From: Candidatus Eiseniibacteriota bacterium
GTDB lineage: Bacteria > Eisenbacteria > RBG-16-71-46 > CAIMUX01 > VGJL01
Length of the DNA stretch: 64,000 bases
Direction: 5' to 3'
NCBI GenBank assembly: GCA_963792585.1
Contig: CAWBWI010000003.1
Location: 1,088,001 to 1,152,000, forward strand
This document shows positions 31,317 through 42,551 of the stretch, piece after piece. A program made the position numbers and the translations under genes. Every line of letters starts with the position of its first letter. Position 1 is the stretch's first letter. Below the pieces are notes generated by a model. It was not told the origin of the DNA. It made no database searches and worked only from the letters and a program-made list of their open reading frames with translations.

Positions 31317-32474
31317 TCAGGTCAGGAGCATCGGCTCTCCGAGAATGCTCGAAATGCGGGGACGGTAGTTCTGCGCGTCGTAGTAGCGCTCGACGTCGAC
31401 CTTCCGCTTGCCCGAGATCGCCGTGGCGACCGGCACCACGGCATAGCAGCCTTTCTGCAGCGCGACCATCTCCCCGCGGTGGCCGCCGAGGAGTCGGTCG
31501 TAGGCGAGGTTCCCGAAGTTCGTCGCCACGAGTCGGTCGGTGGAATCGGGTGGGCCGCTGCGCATGAGGTAGGCCAATCTCTGGACGAGGCACTGGCGGC
31601 CGCTGAGTCTCTCGATCTCGACGCCGAGAAGATCCCCGATCCCGCCCAACTTGAGATGCCCGTAGGCGTCGGGCCGGCCGCTCTGGATCCGCGCTCCGCC
31701 CGTCAGCGTCGCCCCTTCGCTCACGACGACGATGGCGTAATGGCTTGGGTTGCGATCCTGATCCTCGCAGAGCAGCCGGCAGAGTCGCTCGACGTCGCAC
31801 GGCACCTCCGAGATCAGGACGCGATCCGCGCTCGCCAGATAGCCCGTGAAGAGGGCCGTTTCGCCGCAATAGCGACCGAACAGCTCGATGACGGCGATCC
31901 GCTCATGCGAACCCGCGGGCGTGCGTAGGTCGATCACGAAGTTCACGCTCCGTGTGACGGCGCTCGAGAAGCCGATGCAGTAGTCGGTTCCCGGGACGTC
32001 GTTGTCCATCGTTTTGGGAACCGCGATGACCGGAAATCCCTCCTTGTCGAGGCGAACCGCGTAGGAAAGGGTGTCGTCTCCCCCGATCGCGACGAGTGCG
32101 TCGAGCTTCAGCGCGGCCAACACGCGCAAGACATGGTCCGTGACGTCGACCTTCCCCTCGCCGGGGGCGACCGTGTCTCGAAGGTGAGGGGGCAGCTCGG
32201 AGCGATTCACCGCGGCCGGGTTGGTTCGCGACGTGTGAAGGAAGGTGCCGCCATGACGGTCGACGGTCCGCACCCTCTCTGCATCGAGGCGAATGACGGC
32301 CGGACCATCCGGCCGCTGCGCATCGATCTCGAGAAGTCCTCCCCAACCGCGCCGGACCCCGAGCACCTCGTTGCCGTCGGCGACGGCGCGCAGCGTGATC
32401 GCGCGGATGCACGAGTTCAGGCCGGGGACATCCCCGCCGCCGGTCAAGATCCCGATCCGCCGCGGTTTCGTCAT
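31317..32474 (-). CDS. pfkA: 6-phosphofructokinase, PPi-dependent-type signature
   Basis: TGGGDVPGLN, GGTFLHTSR, GGDDT, PKTMDND, ELFGR. Confidence 0.9.
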   Translation of the reverse strand: MTKPRRIGILTGGGDVPGLNSCIRAITLRAVADGNEVLGVRRGWGGLLEIDAQRPDGPAVIRLDAERVRTVDRHGGTFLHTSRTNPAAVNRSELPPHLRDTVAPGEGKVDVTDHVLRVLAALKLDALVAIGGDDTLSYAVRLDKEGFPVIAVPKTMDNDVPGTDYCIGFSSAVTRSVNFVIDLRTPAGSHERIAVIELFGRYCGETALFTGYLASADRVLISEVPCDVERLCRLLCEDQDRNPSHYAIVVVSEGATLTGGARIQSGRPDAYGHLKLGGIGDLLGVEIERLSGRQCLVQRLAYLMRSGPPDSTDRLVATNFGNLAYDRLLGGHRGEMVALQKGCYAVVPVATAISGKRKVDVERYYDAQNYRPRISSILGEPMLLT

Positions 32475-33430
32475 GCCTCGACTCCTCCTGTTCCGGGCGT
32501 CGCGGCCCGTTCGATGATCTCGATTCCCGGCGGATCCGTCCGCGCGACCGCGCGCACGCCGATCGGCAGGGGATGGAACGACGATTCGTGTCCGTACGCG
32601 AGCCCCGTGAGGGCCGGGACGCCGAGGCGCGCCGCGTGATGGCGCAGGAGCGACTCGAGGGCCGTCGGTTCATGCGGACCCTCGATCGGTTGGCAGCGGG
32701 TGAACTGACCGAAGACGATGGCGGCGATCCCCGCGAGGGAACCAGACATCCGCAGTTGCGTCAGCATCCGGTCGATCCGCTGAAGCGGCTCGTCGATCTC
32801 CTCGAGGACGAGGATCGCGTTACGAAGGGGCGGCATGTAGCCGGTGCCGACCATGGAGGTCAGGAGCGAGAGGTTGGCCGGGACGAGTGGGCCGTCCGCT
32901 TGACCGGGATGGAGCACCCGCAATTCCCCCTCCGCCGCGATCGAGGAGGGCGGGCCGCCTCTTAGGATGTTGAGGGTCTCGTCGACGAGCCGGACTGGTG
33001 GATCATCGCTGTCTCCCCAGTCGGTCGCGGCCATCGGCCCGGAGAGCCCGATCCAGCCGCGCCGGCCCCAGAGCGCCAGATGCAGCGCGGTCAGGTCGCT
33101 GCGCCCGATGATCCAGCGCGGGGGCAGATCCTCGTCGAGCGCGTCGAAGTAGGGGAGGAGTTGCAGACAGCCCACGCCCCCGCGTCCTGCGAGGATCGCG
33201 TCGACGGATGGATCGTGAAGGAAACCGATCAGCTCCGCCGCGCGTTCTTCATCCGATCCGGCCCAGAGGCCCCCGCGCGCCGCACAACTCGCCCCGGTGA
33301 CGATCTTCCAGCCCATGGATCCCAAGCGTTCGATCGCCCGGGCCAACCGGGCGGGATCCACCGGGCTGGCCGGGCACGCGATTGCCACGCAAGCGTTTCG
33401 GGGGATCGGAGGTGGGTGCTTTCCCAGCAT
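32471..33430 (-). CDS. ldcA: LD-carboxypeptidase (peptidase S66)
   Basis: AG.DEERA, RGG.G, GRSDLT (Ser), LEEIDE (Glu), YGH (His). Confidence 0.85.
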   Translation of the reverse strand: MLGKHPPPIPRNACVAIACPASPVDPARLARAIERLGSMGWKIVTGASCAARGGLWAGSDEERAAELIGFLHDPSVDAILAGRGGVGCLQLLPYFDALDEDLPPRWIIGRSDLTALHLALWGRRGWIGLSGPMAATDWGDSDDPPVRLVDETLNILRGGPPSSIAAEGELRVLHPGQADGPLVPANLSLLTSMVGTGYMPPLRNAILVLEEIDEPLQRIDRMLTQLRMSGSLAGIAAIVFGQFTRCQPIEGPHEPTALESLLRHHAARLGVPALTGLAYGHESSFHPLPIGVRAVARTDPPGIEIIERAATPGTGGVEA

Positions 33431-33518
33431 GCGGGGAGGGTAGCACCGGCCCGAGCGCCGTGCCACGGCGAGGGTGCTTCGATATGCTAGCCTGTGGCAG
33501 GGGCAGAGGAGGAACGCC

Positions 33519-34343
33519 ATGAGAAGAGCTTGGATGCCGTTGCTGACGATCGTCATCGCCTTCATCCTCGGCGGTTGCGGCGAGAAGAAGCAGGCGAGCC
33601 GGGAGACGCCGGCAGATACGCAGCAGGCGGAGGTGCAGCCCCCCGCGGAGACGCCCGCCACGACCCCGCCTCCCGTCGTAGAGGAAGAGAAGACGGAGGA
33701 GCCGAAGAAGGTCGAGAAGCCGAAACCGCAGCCGCCGCCGGTCAAGCAAGAGGAACCGACAAAGCAAGAGGAGCCTCCCAAGCCTCAGCTGGTGAAGCGC
33801 GACGTGACGGTTCCATCGGGGACCGAAATGGCTGTGACCCTGCGCGAGAAGGTCTCCACGGAATCAGGGAAGCCCGGCCAGTCGTTTGCCGCCGTCACGA
33901 AGGACGCCATCCGCGTGGAGGGGCTCGAGCCGGTCCCCGCGGGCTCCGTCGTGTCCGGTGAGGTCACGAACGCGGAGCGGGCGGGACGCGTCGGGGGCAA
34001 GGCGAAGCTGACACTGGCGTTCAGGAGGATCGAGTTGCCTGACGGCAAGAGCTACGCGATCTCGGCGCAGCCGTTGAACCTCGAGGGCGAGGGAACGGCC
34101 AAGGGCGACGTCGAGAAGGTCGTCGGCGGAGCGGTCGGAGGCGGAATCCTCGGCGGCGTTCTCGGGGGCAAGAAGGGCGCCGGTAAGGGGGCGGCCGCCG
34201 GGACGATCGCCGGAGGCATCTTCGCCGTCGCGACCCGCGGCAACGACATCGTTCTCGATGCAGGCAAGGAGATCAAGGTTACGCTCGACGCGGCGCTGAC
34301 GGTTCCGATGATCATCTCCGTCGTGCCGGGACAGAACCCCTAA
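33519..34343 (+). CDS. Lipoprotein with Pro/Glu/Lys-rich linker, TrbI/VirB10-like beta domain and glycine zipper
   Basis: Lipobox LGGC; 'VPSGT...L..VST...PGQ.F.A'; GGAVGGGILGGVLGG; GAGGAG RBS. Confidence 0.75.
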   Translation: MRRAWMPLLTIVIAFILGGCGEKKQASRETPADTQQAEVQPPAETPATTPPPVVEEEKTEEPKKVEKPKPQPPPVKQEEPTKQEEPPKPQLVKRDVTVPSGTEMAVTLREKVSTESGKPGQSFAAVTKDAIRVEGLEPVPAGSVVSGEVTNAERAGRVGGKAKLTLAFRRIELPDGKSYAISAQPLNLEGEGTAKGDVEKVVGGAVGGGILGGVLGGKKGAGKGAAAGTIAGGIFAVATRGNDIVLDAGKEIKVTLDAALTVPMIISVVPGQNP

Positions 34344-34370
34344 CGATCGATCTCGAACAGCAGGTCCCGA

Positions 34371-35504
<1,134 letters not shown>

Positions 35505-35623
35505 CAACTCCCATCCGGCCCTTGGGCCATGTCGTACTCCCGATTATCGGCTCATGACGGGCATCAGTTCAACCGGGCGAGCGGCCGCTGGCGTGAACTG
35601 GTGGATCGTGCGAGACTTGCGGC

Positions 35624-36601
35624 ATGTCAGGCCTCTACCTCGACGGCGGAGGGCCCCTGGAGCGCGAGGCGTTCCTGGTCCGGCTTCACCGGCAATCCGG
35701 CTTCGGCGGCCCGCTGGAGGAGTACCGCGCACGGATCGAGGCGCTCGATGCGCACCCCTATGCCGCCCGCGCGATTCGCGACCTCGTGCTGCGCGACGAT
35801 CGAGACGCGGCGGTCGCCGGCCTCCGTCTGACGGCGATCCACTCCCTCCACGAGGACCGTGAGATCTGGATCGGAGGAATCTCCAGGCTCGTCACGCGCG
35901 AGAGCACCGGTGCGGAAGCAAGCGCGAGCCGGATCGTCGAGATGACCATGGCGCTCCTCGCGGATGAGGAGGTCGACGGCGCGACGATCTTCGCGAACGG
36001 CGATCCGCGGTACCTTCGCGATCTGGGGTTTGAAGTCGTCGGCAGTGAAGGGATCGACGTCGATCTCGTCGATCTCGATGGTCGGTCCGCTCCGCGCGTG
36101 ACGGTCCGGCCGCTGGGCCTCACCGACGGACCCGACATGCGCCGGATTCACGAACGTTCGGGTGCAGGCGAGCCTCTCTGGATGCTGCGCGATACGGAAC
36201 GATGGGACTACCTGCTCCGCGCGGCGGCGCTTCGAGGCGCGGAGTCCGATCCCGTATCGCTCGTGCAGCTCGCGTGCGTGAGGGACGGACGCCTGATCGG
36301 CTATGCAATCGCGGACCCACACGCCCCCGTGCTCGATCTGCTGGACCTGGGTCTCGAGGATCCGGATGACGCCGTGCTCGGAGCGCTCCTTGCCTCACTG
36401 GGCGCGGAGGGTCGGACTCGCGGCTGCGAACGGATGCGCACGCCCCTCCTTCCGGGCGCGGCCGGACGTCTGCTTCGGACCCGCTTCCGACCCGCGGCGT
36501 TGCGCGATGGGCTCTTCCTGGTTGCCGCCCTGCATGAACGACTCGATCTCCGGGCCGTCGTGGAGGGGTGCGGGGGGTACGCCGGGCTCGAGAGGACCTG
36601 A
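35624..36601 (+). CDS. Tandem GNAT-fold (Eis-like) protein, divergent
   Basis: 'WIGGI..LVT', 'YLRDLGF', 'R..ERWDYL' and 'GRLIGYA' segments; the acetyl-CoA motif is degenerate. Confidence 0.55.
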   Translation: MSGLYLDGGGPLEREAFLVRLHRQSGFGGPLEEYRARIEALDAHPYAARAIRDLVLRDDRDAAVAGLRLTAIHSLHEDREIWIGGISRLVTRESTGAEASASRIVEMTMALLADEEVDGATIFANGDPRYLRDLGFEVVGSEGIDVDLVDLDGRSAPRVTVRPLGLTDGPDMRRIHERSGAGEPLWMLRDTERWDYLLRAAALRGAESDPVSLVQLACVRDGRLIGYAIADPHAPVLDLLDLGLEDPDDAVLGALLASLGAEGRTRGCERMRTPLLPGAAGRLLRTRFRPAALRDGLFLVAALHERLDLRAVVEGCGGYAGLERT

Positions 36602-36615
36602 TCGGAGCGACGGGG

Positions 36616-37737
36616 CTACCGGCCGTCGATCAGGGCCTCGATCTCCCGAATCCGCCAGGCCCAGCCATGCTTCCGGGCCTCCGCGCGCCGGGATTCGGCG
36701 CCCGAGTCCCCTTCCTCCAGCGACGCCTCGATCGCCTGGATCCAGGCGGCCGCTCCCCGGGCTCCCCGCACGTGAGAGGACGCGATCAGATCCGCAAGCG
36801 CGGGGATCGGCGTGGCCACGGCGGGCCTGCCGGAGGCGAGGTACTCCCAAGTCTTCAGGGGAGAGGAGTGCGCGCTCGACGCCCCTTCCCGAAGGGGGAG
36901 CAGGCATACGTCCGCGGCGGCGACGTAGCCGGGGGCCACATCGCGGCCTCGTTCCCCAAGGATGTGGACGTTGGGGAGGGCCGCCAGGGGCGCAAGGTCC
37001 GTCTCGGGGTCCCCACGGCCGACCGGACCCACGAGGAGGATCGACCATTCCGAACAGGCCCGCGCGATCTCGGCGAGCAGGGGAAGATCGATCTTGTAGC
37101 CCGCGAGATTGCCCAGATAGAGGAGTCGGGGTCGCGGGATCCCTTCGACGTCCACCGGGACCGGACCGCCTGTCGCGAACCGGTCCACGTCGGCGACGTT
37201 GGGCGCGAGGCGCACGTCGGGGTGGATCGCGGCGAGGCGCCGGCGCAACGGTTCGCTGACGGCGAGGACCGTGTCGACCGATCGAAGTAGCCGTGCCTCG
37301 AGGGATTCGATCCGCTCCCGATCCACCCCCGGGTTCTCCGCGTACGCATCCACACAGTGATAGACGCGCCGGGCGCGAGGGAACATCTCTACGATCGGCG
37401 CCCAGGAGGGGAGATAGGCGATGACGGCCGCGGGCTCGATGCCGGCCGCCCGCAACCCCATCCGCAGGTTCCATGCGAGCAGACGGCCCGAGCGGGCCAC
37501 CGGGCTCAGCACCCGTACCCCGTCCGGCGCCGTGCGCACGCCCCGAGCAGCGTCGCGAACGCGACGGACGATCCTCCGCAAGTCCGGTCCTCGCAGCGTC
37601 GGGGCGCGCAGCCCGACCGAATCGACGAAGAGGACGTCGCGATTCGCCGCGAGACGGCAGGCGATCTGCTGGCAGTTGACCCACGAGCGATCGGAGTACT
37701 GGGCCGAGCCGAGGACCAGAAGAGCCCGGCCGCTCAT
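36616..37737 (-). CDS. Glycosyltransferase (GT4/GT1-like)
   Basis: YHCVD, NVADVDRF, NVHILG, PLKTWEYLASGRP. Confidence 0.85.
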   Translation of the reverse strand: MSGRALLVLGSAQYSDRSWVNCQQIACRLAANRDVLFVDSVGLRAPTLRGPDLRRIVRRVRDAARGVRTAPDGVRVLSPVARSGRLLAWNLRMGLRAAGIEPAAVIAYLPSWAPIVEMFPRARRVYHCVDAYAENPGVDRERIESLEARLLRSVDTVLAVSEPLRRRLAAIHPDVRLAPNVADVDRFATGGPVPVDVEGIPRPRLLYLGNLAGYKIDLPLLAEIARACSEWSILLVGPVGRGDPETDLAPLAALPNVHILGERGRDVAPGYVAAADVCLLPLREGASSAHSSPLKTWEYLASGRPAVATPIPALADLIASSHVRGARGAAAWIQAIEASLEEGDSGAESRRAEARKHGWAWRIREIEALIDGR

Positions 37738-38918
37738 GAGCCCTCTCGCGCCGCGACCAGGGCTTGCTCGATCCGGTCGAGCATCGCCCCGAGGCTGTAG
37801 CGCGTGCGGGCCGTGCGCTCCGCCTCCGCCCCGAGCCCGGCCCGCATCTCCTCGTTGTCGAGGAGCCGCAGGATCGCGTCGCGCAGCGCCCCCGCGTCGC
37901 CGGGAGGGACGAGAATCGCGTCCGCGCCGTCGCGCAGGACGCTCGGAATCCCTCCGATCCTGCTGGCGACGATCGCGCAGCCGCAGGCCATCGCCTCCAC
38001 GAGCGACAGGGCGGATCCTTCCTGCCGGATGGTCGGCATGAGGTAGATCGTGGCGGCGCGATACATCTCGGGCAGACGGTCGTGCGGGATCGGGGCGAGT
38101 CGATGGAATCGTCCGGTCCTTCCGAGCGGGGCTGCCTGTTCCAGAAGGCGGTCTTTCTCGCGTCCCGCGCCGATCATGAATGCGGCCACGCGCTCCCGCT
38201 CCTCGAGGATCGGACCGAGAGCCTGGATCGCCACGTCGAAGCCCTTCTCCCGTTCGAAACGGCCGCCGAAGAGAACACATGCGCGTCCCTCGGCAAGATC
38301 GCGGATCTCGTCCAGCATCGGCCCCTGCCGCTGGAACCGGTCGGTGTCGGCCCCGAGCCATGCGACCGAGACGCGGGCGGGATCGAGCGGCAACTCCTTC
38401 AGCACCCACGCACGCAGTCCGTCGGACTCGCACAGGATGCGGACTGCCCTCGGCAGGTAGCGGCGGGATTGCAGGTGCCCAAACGCGTTCCAAACGATGC
38501 CCGCCCAGATCCTCGGGCGATGGAGCCCTTGCCGCAACTTGCTCCTCAGGTCGGCCGCGGGGGTGCCGACCAGGAAGACGACGACCGGCAGGATCGGGAC
38601 GGCATCGCGAAGCAGGCCGAAGGCTCCACTGCTCTCGCTGTAGACGATGTCGAAGGGTCGGGCGGCGTGATCGACAAGGAAGGCCCTTCGGCTGACCCGC
38701 CAGTAGCCGCCGACATAGCTGCGGGGCCGGGTACCCGCGAGGTGCCGAATGCGCACGCCGCCTTCGGTTCGATCGGACGCTCCGGTCTCGAGCCGCGTCG
38801 TGTAGACGACAACGTCATGGCCCCGCGCGACCAGTCCGCGGGCGACCTGCTGCGCGTGGATTTCCATGCCGCCAAGTCCGTGCGCGGGCATGCACCGGGT
38901 GAAGAATGCGATCCTCAT
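37734..38918 (-). CDS. Glycosyltransferase family 4
   Basis: GGME.H, GRFEREKG, EG....LVEAMACG, SRIGGIP; ATGA overlap. Confidence 0.88.
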   Translation of the reverse strand: MRIAFFTRCMPAHGLGGMEIHAQQVARGLVARGHDVVVYTTRLETGASDRTEGGVRIRHLAGTRPRSYVGGYWRVSRRAFLVDHAARPFDIVYSESSGAFGLLRDAVPILPVVVFLVGTPAADLRSKLRQGLHRPRIWAGIVWNAFGHLQSRRYLPRAVRILCESDGLRAWVLKELPLDPARVSVAWLGADTDRFQRQGPMLDEIRDLAEGRACVLFGGRFEREKGFDVAIQALGPILEERERVAAFMIGAGREKDRLLEQAAPLGRTGRFHRLAPIPHDRLPEMYRAATIYLMPTIRQEGSALSLVEAMACGCAIVASRIGGIPSVLRDGADAILVPPGDAGALRDAILRLLDNEEMRAGLGAEAERTARTRYSLGAMLDRIEQALVAAREGS

Positions 38919-39598
38919 CGTCTGCGTCCCACTACCAGGACCCCGGGCGCCAGGAGGGCGCGTCCGATACCCACGCTCGCGATCGGCCGGAGCAGCGCCC
39001 GCAGGGTGGACCGCGGAGGGACCGGAAGCAACCCCATGACCCGTTCGCAGTCGAAGCCCGTCGTTTCCATGAGAAGAACCATCGACCGGTCGGTGAAGAT
39101 GTGACGCTGGCCGCCGTCGTATGGCGACTCCTCGGGCGAGAGGGCGATCGGCCTGCCCGCGAGGAGCCCAAGCAGGCGGGGAAGTTGCCGCCCGTTGGGC
39201 GCGCTCGCGATCAGCAGACCGCCCGGTTTCAAGACGCGCGCGATCTCGCGGAAGAGGCGCAGCGGCGATTCGACATAGGGCAGCGCGTCGAGGATCGTGA
39301 CGGCGTCGGCGCACGTGTCGCGAAAGGGGAGCCACGGCGAATCCAGGTCTGCGCAGACCCGAGGGATTCCGGCCGGTACCCGGCCGAGCCCGATCACGGA
39401 CAGGTCCAGCCCGATCTTCCGCGACGGGGCAAGTCGGAGGAGCGCGCCGTCGCCGCAGCCCAGATCGATCAGGAGTCCCTCGCGCGGAATCTGCCCGATC
39501 GCGGTCGCCGCGCGTGACCCCGGTTCGGGCGGGGCGACATCGATGCCCTCGCGCGCGGCCCACTTGTCGTCCTGGTACTCGCGGGTTCCGGCGCCCAT
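38915..39598 (-). CDS. Class I SAM-dependent methyltransferase
   Basis: IDLGCGDG, GLDLS, LPF, RVLKPGG. Confidence 0.85.
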   Translation of the reverse strand: MGAGTREYQDDKWAAREGIDVAPPEPGSRAATAIGQIPREGLLIDLGCGDGALLRLAPSRKIGLDLSVIGLGRVPAGIPRVCADLDSPWLPFRDTCADAVTILDALPYVESPLRLFREIARVLKPGGLLIASAPNGRQLPRLLGLLAGRPIALSPEESPYDGGQRHIFTDRSMVLLMETTGFDCERVMGLLPVPPRSTLRALLRPIASVGIGRALLAPGVLVVGRRR

Positions 39599-41211
39599 CA
39601 CTTCCTCCGGAGGATTCGCAACAAACCGAGGGCGAGGCGTCGCGTGGACGGGTTCATCGCCGTCCAGCCGACCCACGCGAGGAGGATCAGAACTGCGCCG
39701 ATCGCCAAGCGCGCGACCGGCGGACCGTGCGGCACGATCCCCGGTCCCACCAGGTAGAAGAAGCCGCCGCCCACGAGCAGATAGGCGAGAACGGGTAGAA
39801 CCGTTCGGGCGAGGCCCCAACCGAGGAAGGCGAGACTTCCCGAGAAGAAGAGCACGTTGGCGACGCTGAACGCGGTCGAAACGCCCCGCACTCCCATTCG
39901 GGGCGCCCAGAGGAAGGACAGGACCGCAAAGGAGACGAGGCCAAGCGCGGTCAAGGGCAGCAGGGCACCCAGGCGGCGCTGCGCGTAGAACGCGCGCTGC
40001 AGAACCGTCCCGCCGAACCACGCCCAAAGCCCGATCGCGAAGCCGGAGAGGGCGGCGGTGGTCGTCCGAACCGAGGCCTCGTCGAAGGCGCCGCGGGCGT
40101 AGATGACGCGGACCAGGTCTTCCCCGAAGGACAGCAGCCAGATCGAGAGGGGCAGCAGGGCCCAGAGGCAGGCGAGCAGGAGTGTGCGAACCGAGCTGGT
40201 GAAACGCTCGCGATCTCCCGTGGCGCTCAGATCGGATAGGGTGGGCAGCAGCGTCTGCGTGATCCCCACGCCGACCGTCACCAGCGGCGTCTCGACGAGG
40301 AATCGCGCGTAGTCGAGCGAGGCGATCGATCCCTCGCTCAATCTCGAGGCGACCATCCGCTCCACGATCAGGTTCGATTGCTCGAGGAATACGAGGGCGA
40401 GTCCCGGAACGAGGGTGATGCCGAAGAATCGCCAGATCAGCCGATCGCGACCCTGGGTACCGCGCGCCCGGGGCCGCGCGACGTCGCGCAGGGCGAGGAA
40501 GAGAAGGAGCAGCATGGCCGCCTGCGCGACGGGGAGGGAGAGCCCGAGCGGAGCGACCGCTGCGGCGGGTCTGCTCCGCGCTCCGAGCAGCAGGGCGACG
40601 ACGATCCCCGCAAGGATCGCCAGGTTCTGCACGAGAGCGCGCAGCGCGGGGATGCGAAAGCGATAGAGCGCGTTCGATATGGTCAACATCAGATTCGCGC
40701 CCAGAGCGAGGGGGACGGTGAGCGCCATCGCCGCGAAGAAGATCGCGGTCAGATGCGCGCGGTAGGAATCGAACCCCGGTGCGAGCACCCGCGTCCAGAG
40801 AGGCCCGCCGAAGAGGAGGGCCAGGAAGAGGATCGCCCCCGCAATCCAGAGTGCGCGCTGCGTCTGTTGCGCGGTTCTCCAGGCCAACCGTCTTCGCCCG
40901 GAGGAGAGGAGGTGTTTGAACGTCGGCAGGAATGCGCTGTCGAGGACGCTGCCGCCGAGCAGGTGCGTCAGCAGGAAGGTCCCCGACTGCGCGACCCGGA
41001 ACGCGTCGACGAGCCCCGAGGTGCCGAACGCCCACGCCATCAGCCCCTCGCGCACGATGCCGAGCAGTTTGCTCGCGACGGTCAGGGCCGAGACCCAGAG
41101 CCCCTCGCGGACCAGCCCCGGAGAGCGCGGGATCTCGACGACCGGCGACTTCCCGCTCGCCACGACCCCTACTTCGCCGTCCGGCTCAGCCTGTCCCAGA
41201 GGATCTCGCAC
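39598..41211 (-). CDS. murJ: MurJ/MviN-like lipid II or oligosaccharide flippase (start uncertain, possibly 41163)
   Basis: SKLLGIVRE..A..FG...DAF, FLP.F, LDYA, Y.RGAF, RAFYA. Confidence 0.75.
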   Translation of the reverse strand: MRDPLGQAEPDGEVGVVASGKSPVVEIPRSPGLVREGLWVSALTVASKLLGIVREGLMAWAFGTSGLVDAFRVAQSGTFLLTHLLGGSVLDSAFLPTFKHLLSSGRRRLAWRTAQQTQRALWIAGAILFLALLFGGPLWTRVLAPGFDSYRAHLTAIFFAAMALTVPLALGANLMLTISNALYRFRIPALRALVQNLAILAGIVVALLLGARSRPAAAVAPLGLSLPVAQAAMLLLLFLALRDVARPRARGTQGRDRLIWRFFGITLVPGLALVFLEQSNLIVERMVASRLSEGSIASLDYARFLVETPLVTVGVGITQTLLPTLSDLSATGDRERFTSSVRTLLLACLWALLPLSIWLLSFGEDLVRVIYARGAFDEASVRTTTAALSGFAIGLWAWFGGTVLQRAFYAQRRLGALLPLTALGLVSFAVLSFLWAPRMGVRGVSTAFSVANVLFFSGSLAFLGWGLARTVLPVLAYLLVGGGFFYLVGPGIVPHGPPVARLAIGAVLILLAWVGWTAMNPSTRRLALGLLRILRRK

Positions 41212-42452
41212 ATCGCGCGAACTCCGAGGGTGAGGCCGGCTTCATCCGGATCGAACGTCGGGCTGTGGTTGGACATCTGCCGGTCCGCCCGGCCGACCCC
41301 GAGGCGAAACATGAACCCGGGGAGGACCTTCTGGTACTCGGAGAAATCCTCGCCCCCGAGCGCCGGCTCGTAGCGAATCACGTTCGCATCACCCGCCGCG
41401 CGACGCAGGCCGGGCAGCGTTTCATCGACCAGCTTCGGATCGTTGTACATTGCGGGAGTGCCGAGAATGTAGGTGATCTCCGGCTCCGGAGCGCCGCCCG
41501 CCGCGGCAATTCCCTTTGCGGTCCGGATGATCGCATCCTGCACGATCGTGCGCGCCTCGGGCGTGAGCGTGCGCACGGTGGCGCGCAGGTCGACGAACGC
41601 GGGAATAACGTTGCTCGACGATCCTCCATGGATCGCGCCGACGGAAATGACCGCGGAATCGTTCGCGTTCACCTCGCGGCTCACGATCGTCTGGAAGCCG
41701 ATGACCATCTGGCACGCGATCACGACCGGATCGATGGTCTTGTGCGGATAGGCGCCGTGACCTCCGCGGCCGAGAACGCGGATGCGGACTTCGTCGACAT
41801 TCGCCGTCGACTGTCCCGGGCAGTAGCCGATCTGGTCCGGCATCAGCGTCGGGTGGACGTGGATCGCGTAAATCGCCTCCGGCCGGCGCGCGCCGTCGAA
41901 TACGCCGGCCCGGATCAGGTTGACGGCCCCCGCGCCGACCTCCTCACCGGGTTCGAGGACGAAGAGGACGGTTCCCGGCATCTGATCCCGGACCTCCGAG
42001 AGGGCCCGCGCCGTCGCGATCAACATCGCCGTGTGCATATCGTGCCCGCACGCATGCATCACACCGACCGTCGAGCCGCCCATCGTGTCGGTCGCCGCGC
42101 AGGCGAACGGCAGGCCGGTTTCTTCCGTGATGGGAAGGGCGTCCATGTCGGCCCGGTAGGCGACGACCGGGCCGGGACGCCCGCCCTTCAGGGTCGCGAT
42201 CAGCCCGGTGGCCCAAGCCCCCGGGACGAGTTCCACGCCGGGGATCGCCTCGAGCCGGGCGCGCACCCACTTCTGGGTCTCGAACTCCCGAAGCGAGAGT
42301 TCCGCGTTCCTGTGGAGCCACCGCCGGTTCTCGATCGTCTCTTCCGCCCTGGCACGGACAATCGTCTCGAATTCAGGCGATCCGCCCGCCGGGCGACCGG
42401 TCATGGTCGTCATGAATAGAAGAACCCCCAAGCTGGCCACCAAGCGCAGCAT
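41169..42452 (-). CDS. M20D amidohydrolase with signal-peptide-like N-terminus
   Basis: RRWLHR..ELS..E, RADMDALP, MHACGHD, PGEE, GGHGA.PH, GEDF, HSP.F. Confidence 0.9.
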   Translation of the reverse strand: MLRLVASLGVLLFMTTMTGRPAGGSPEFETIVRARAEETIENRRWLHRNAELSLREFETQKWVRARLEAIPGVELVPGAWATGLIATLKGGRPGPVVAYRADMDALPITEETGLPFACAATDTMGGSTVGVMHACGHDMHTAMLIATARALSEVRDQMPGTVLFVLEPGEEVGAGAVNLIRAGVFDGARRPEAIYAIHVHPTLMPDQIGYCPGQSTANVDEVRIRVLGRGGHGAYPHKTIDPVVIACQMVIGFQTIVSREVNANDSAVISVGAIHGGSSSNVIPAFVDLRATVRTLTPEARTIVQDAIIRTAKGIAAAGGAPEPEITYILGTPAMYNDPKLVDETLPGLRRAAGDANVIRYEPALGGEDFSEYQKVLPGFMFRLGVGRADRQMSNHSPTFDPDEAGLTLGVRAMCEILWDRLSRTAK

Positions 42453-42551
42453 TCCATTCCCTTCCCTGGTGCGGCGGTCATGTCGGAACCTGGACCATCC
42501 TGCCACCGGACCGGGCCGGCCGCAATCGGCCGTCAGCCGGCCCCGGCGGCG

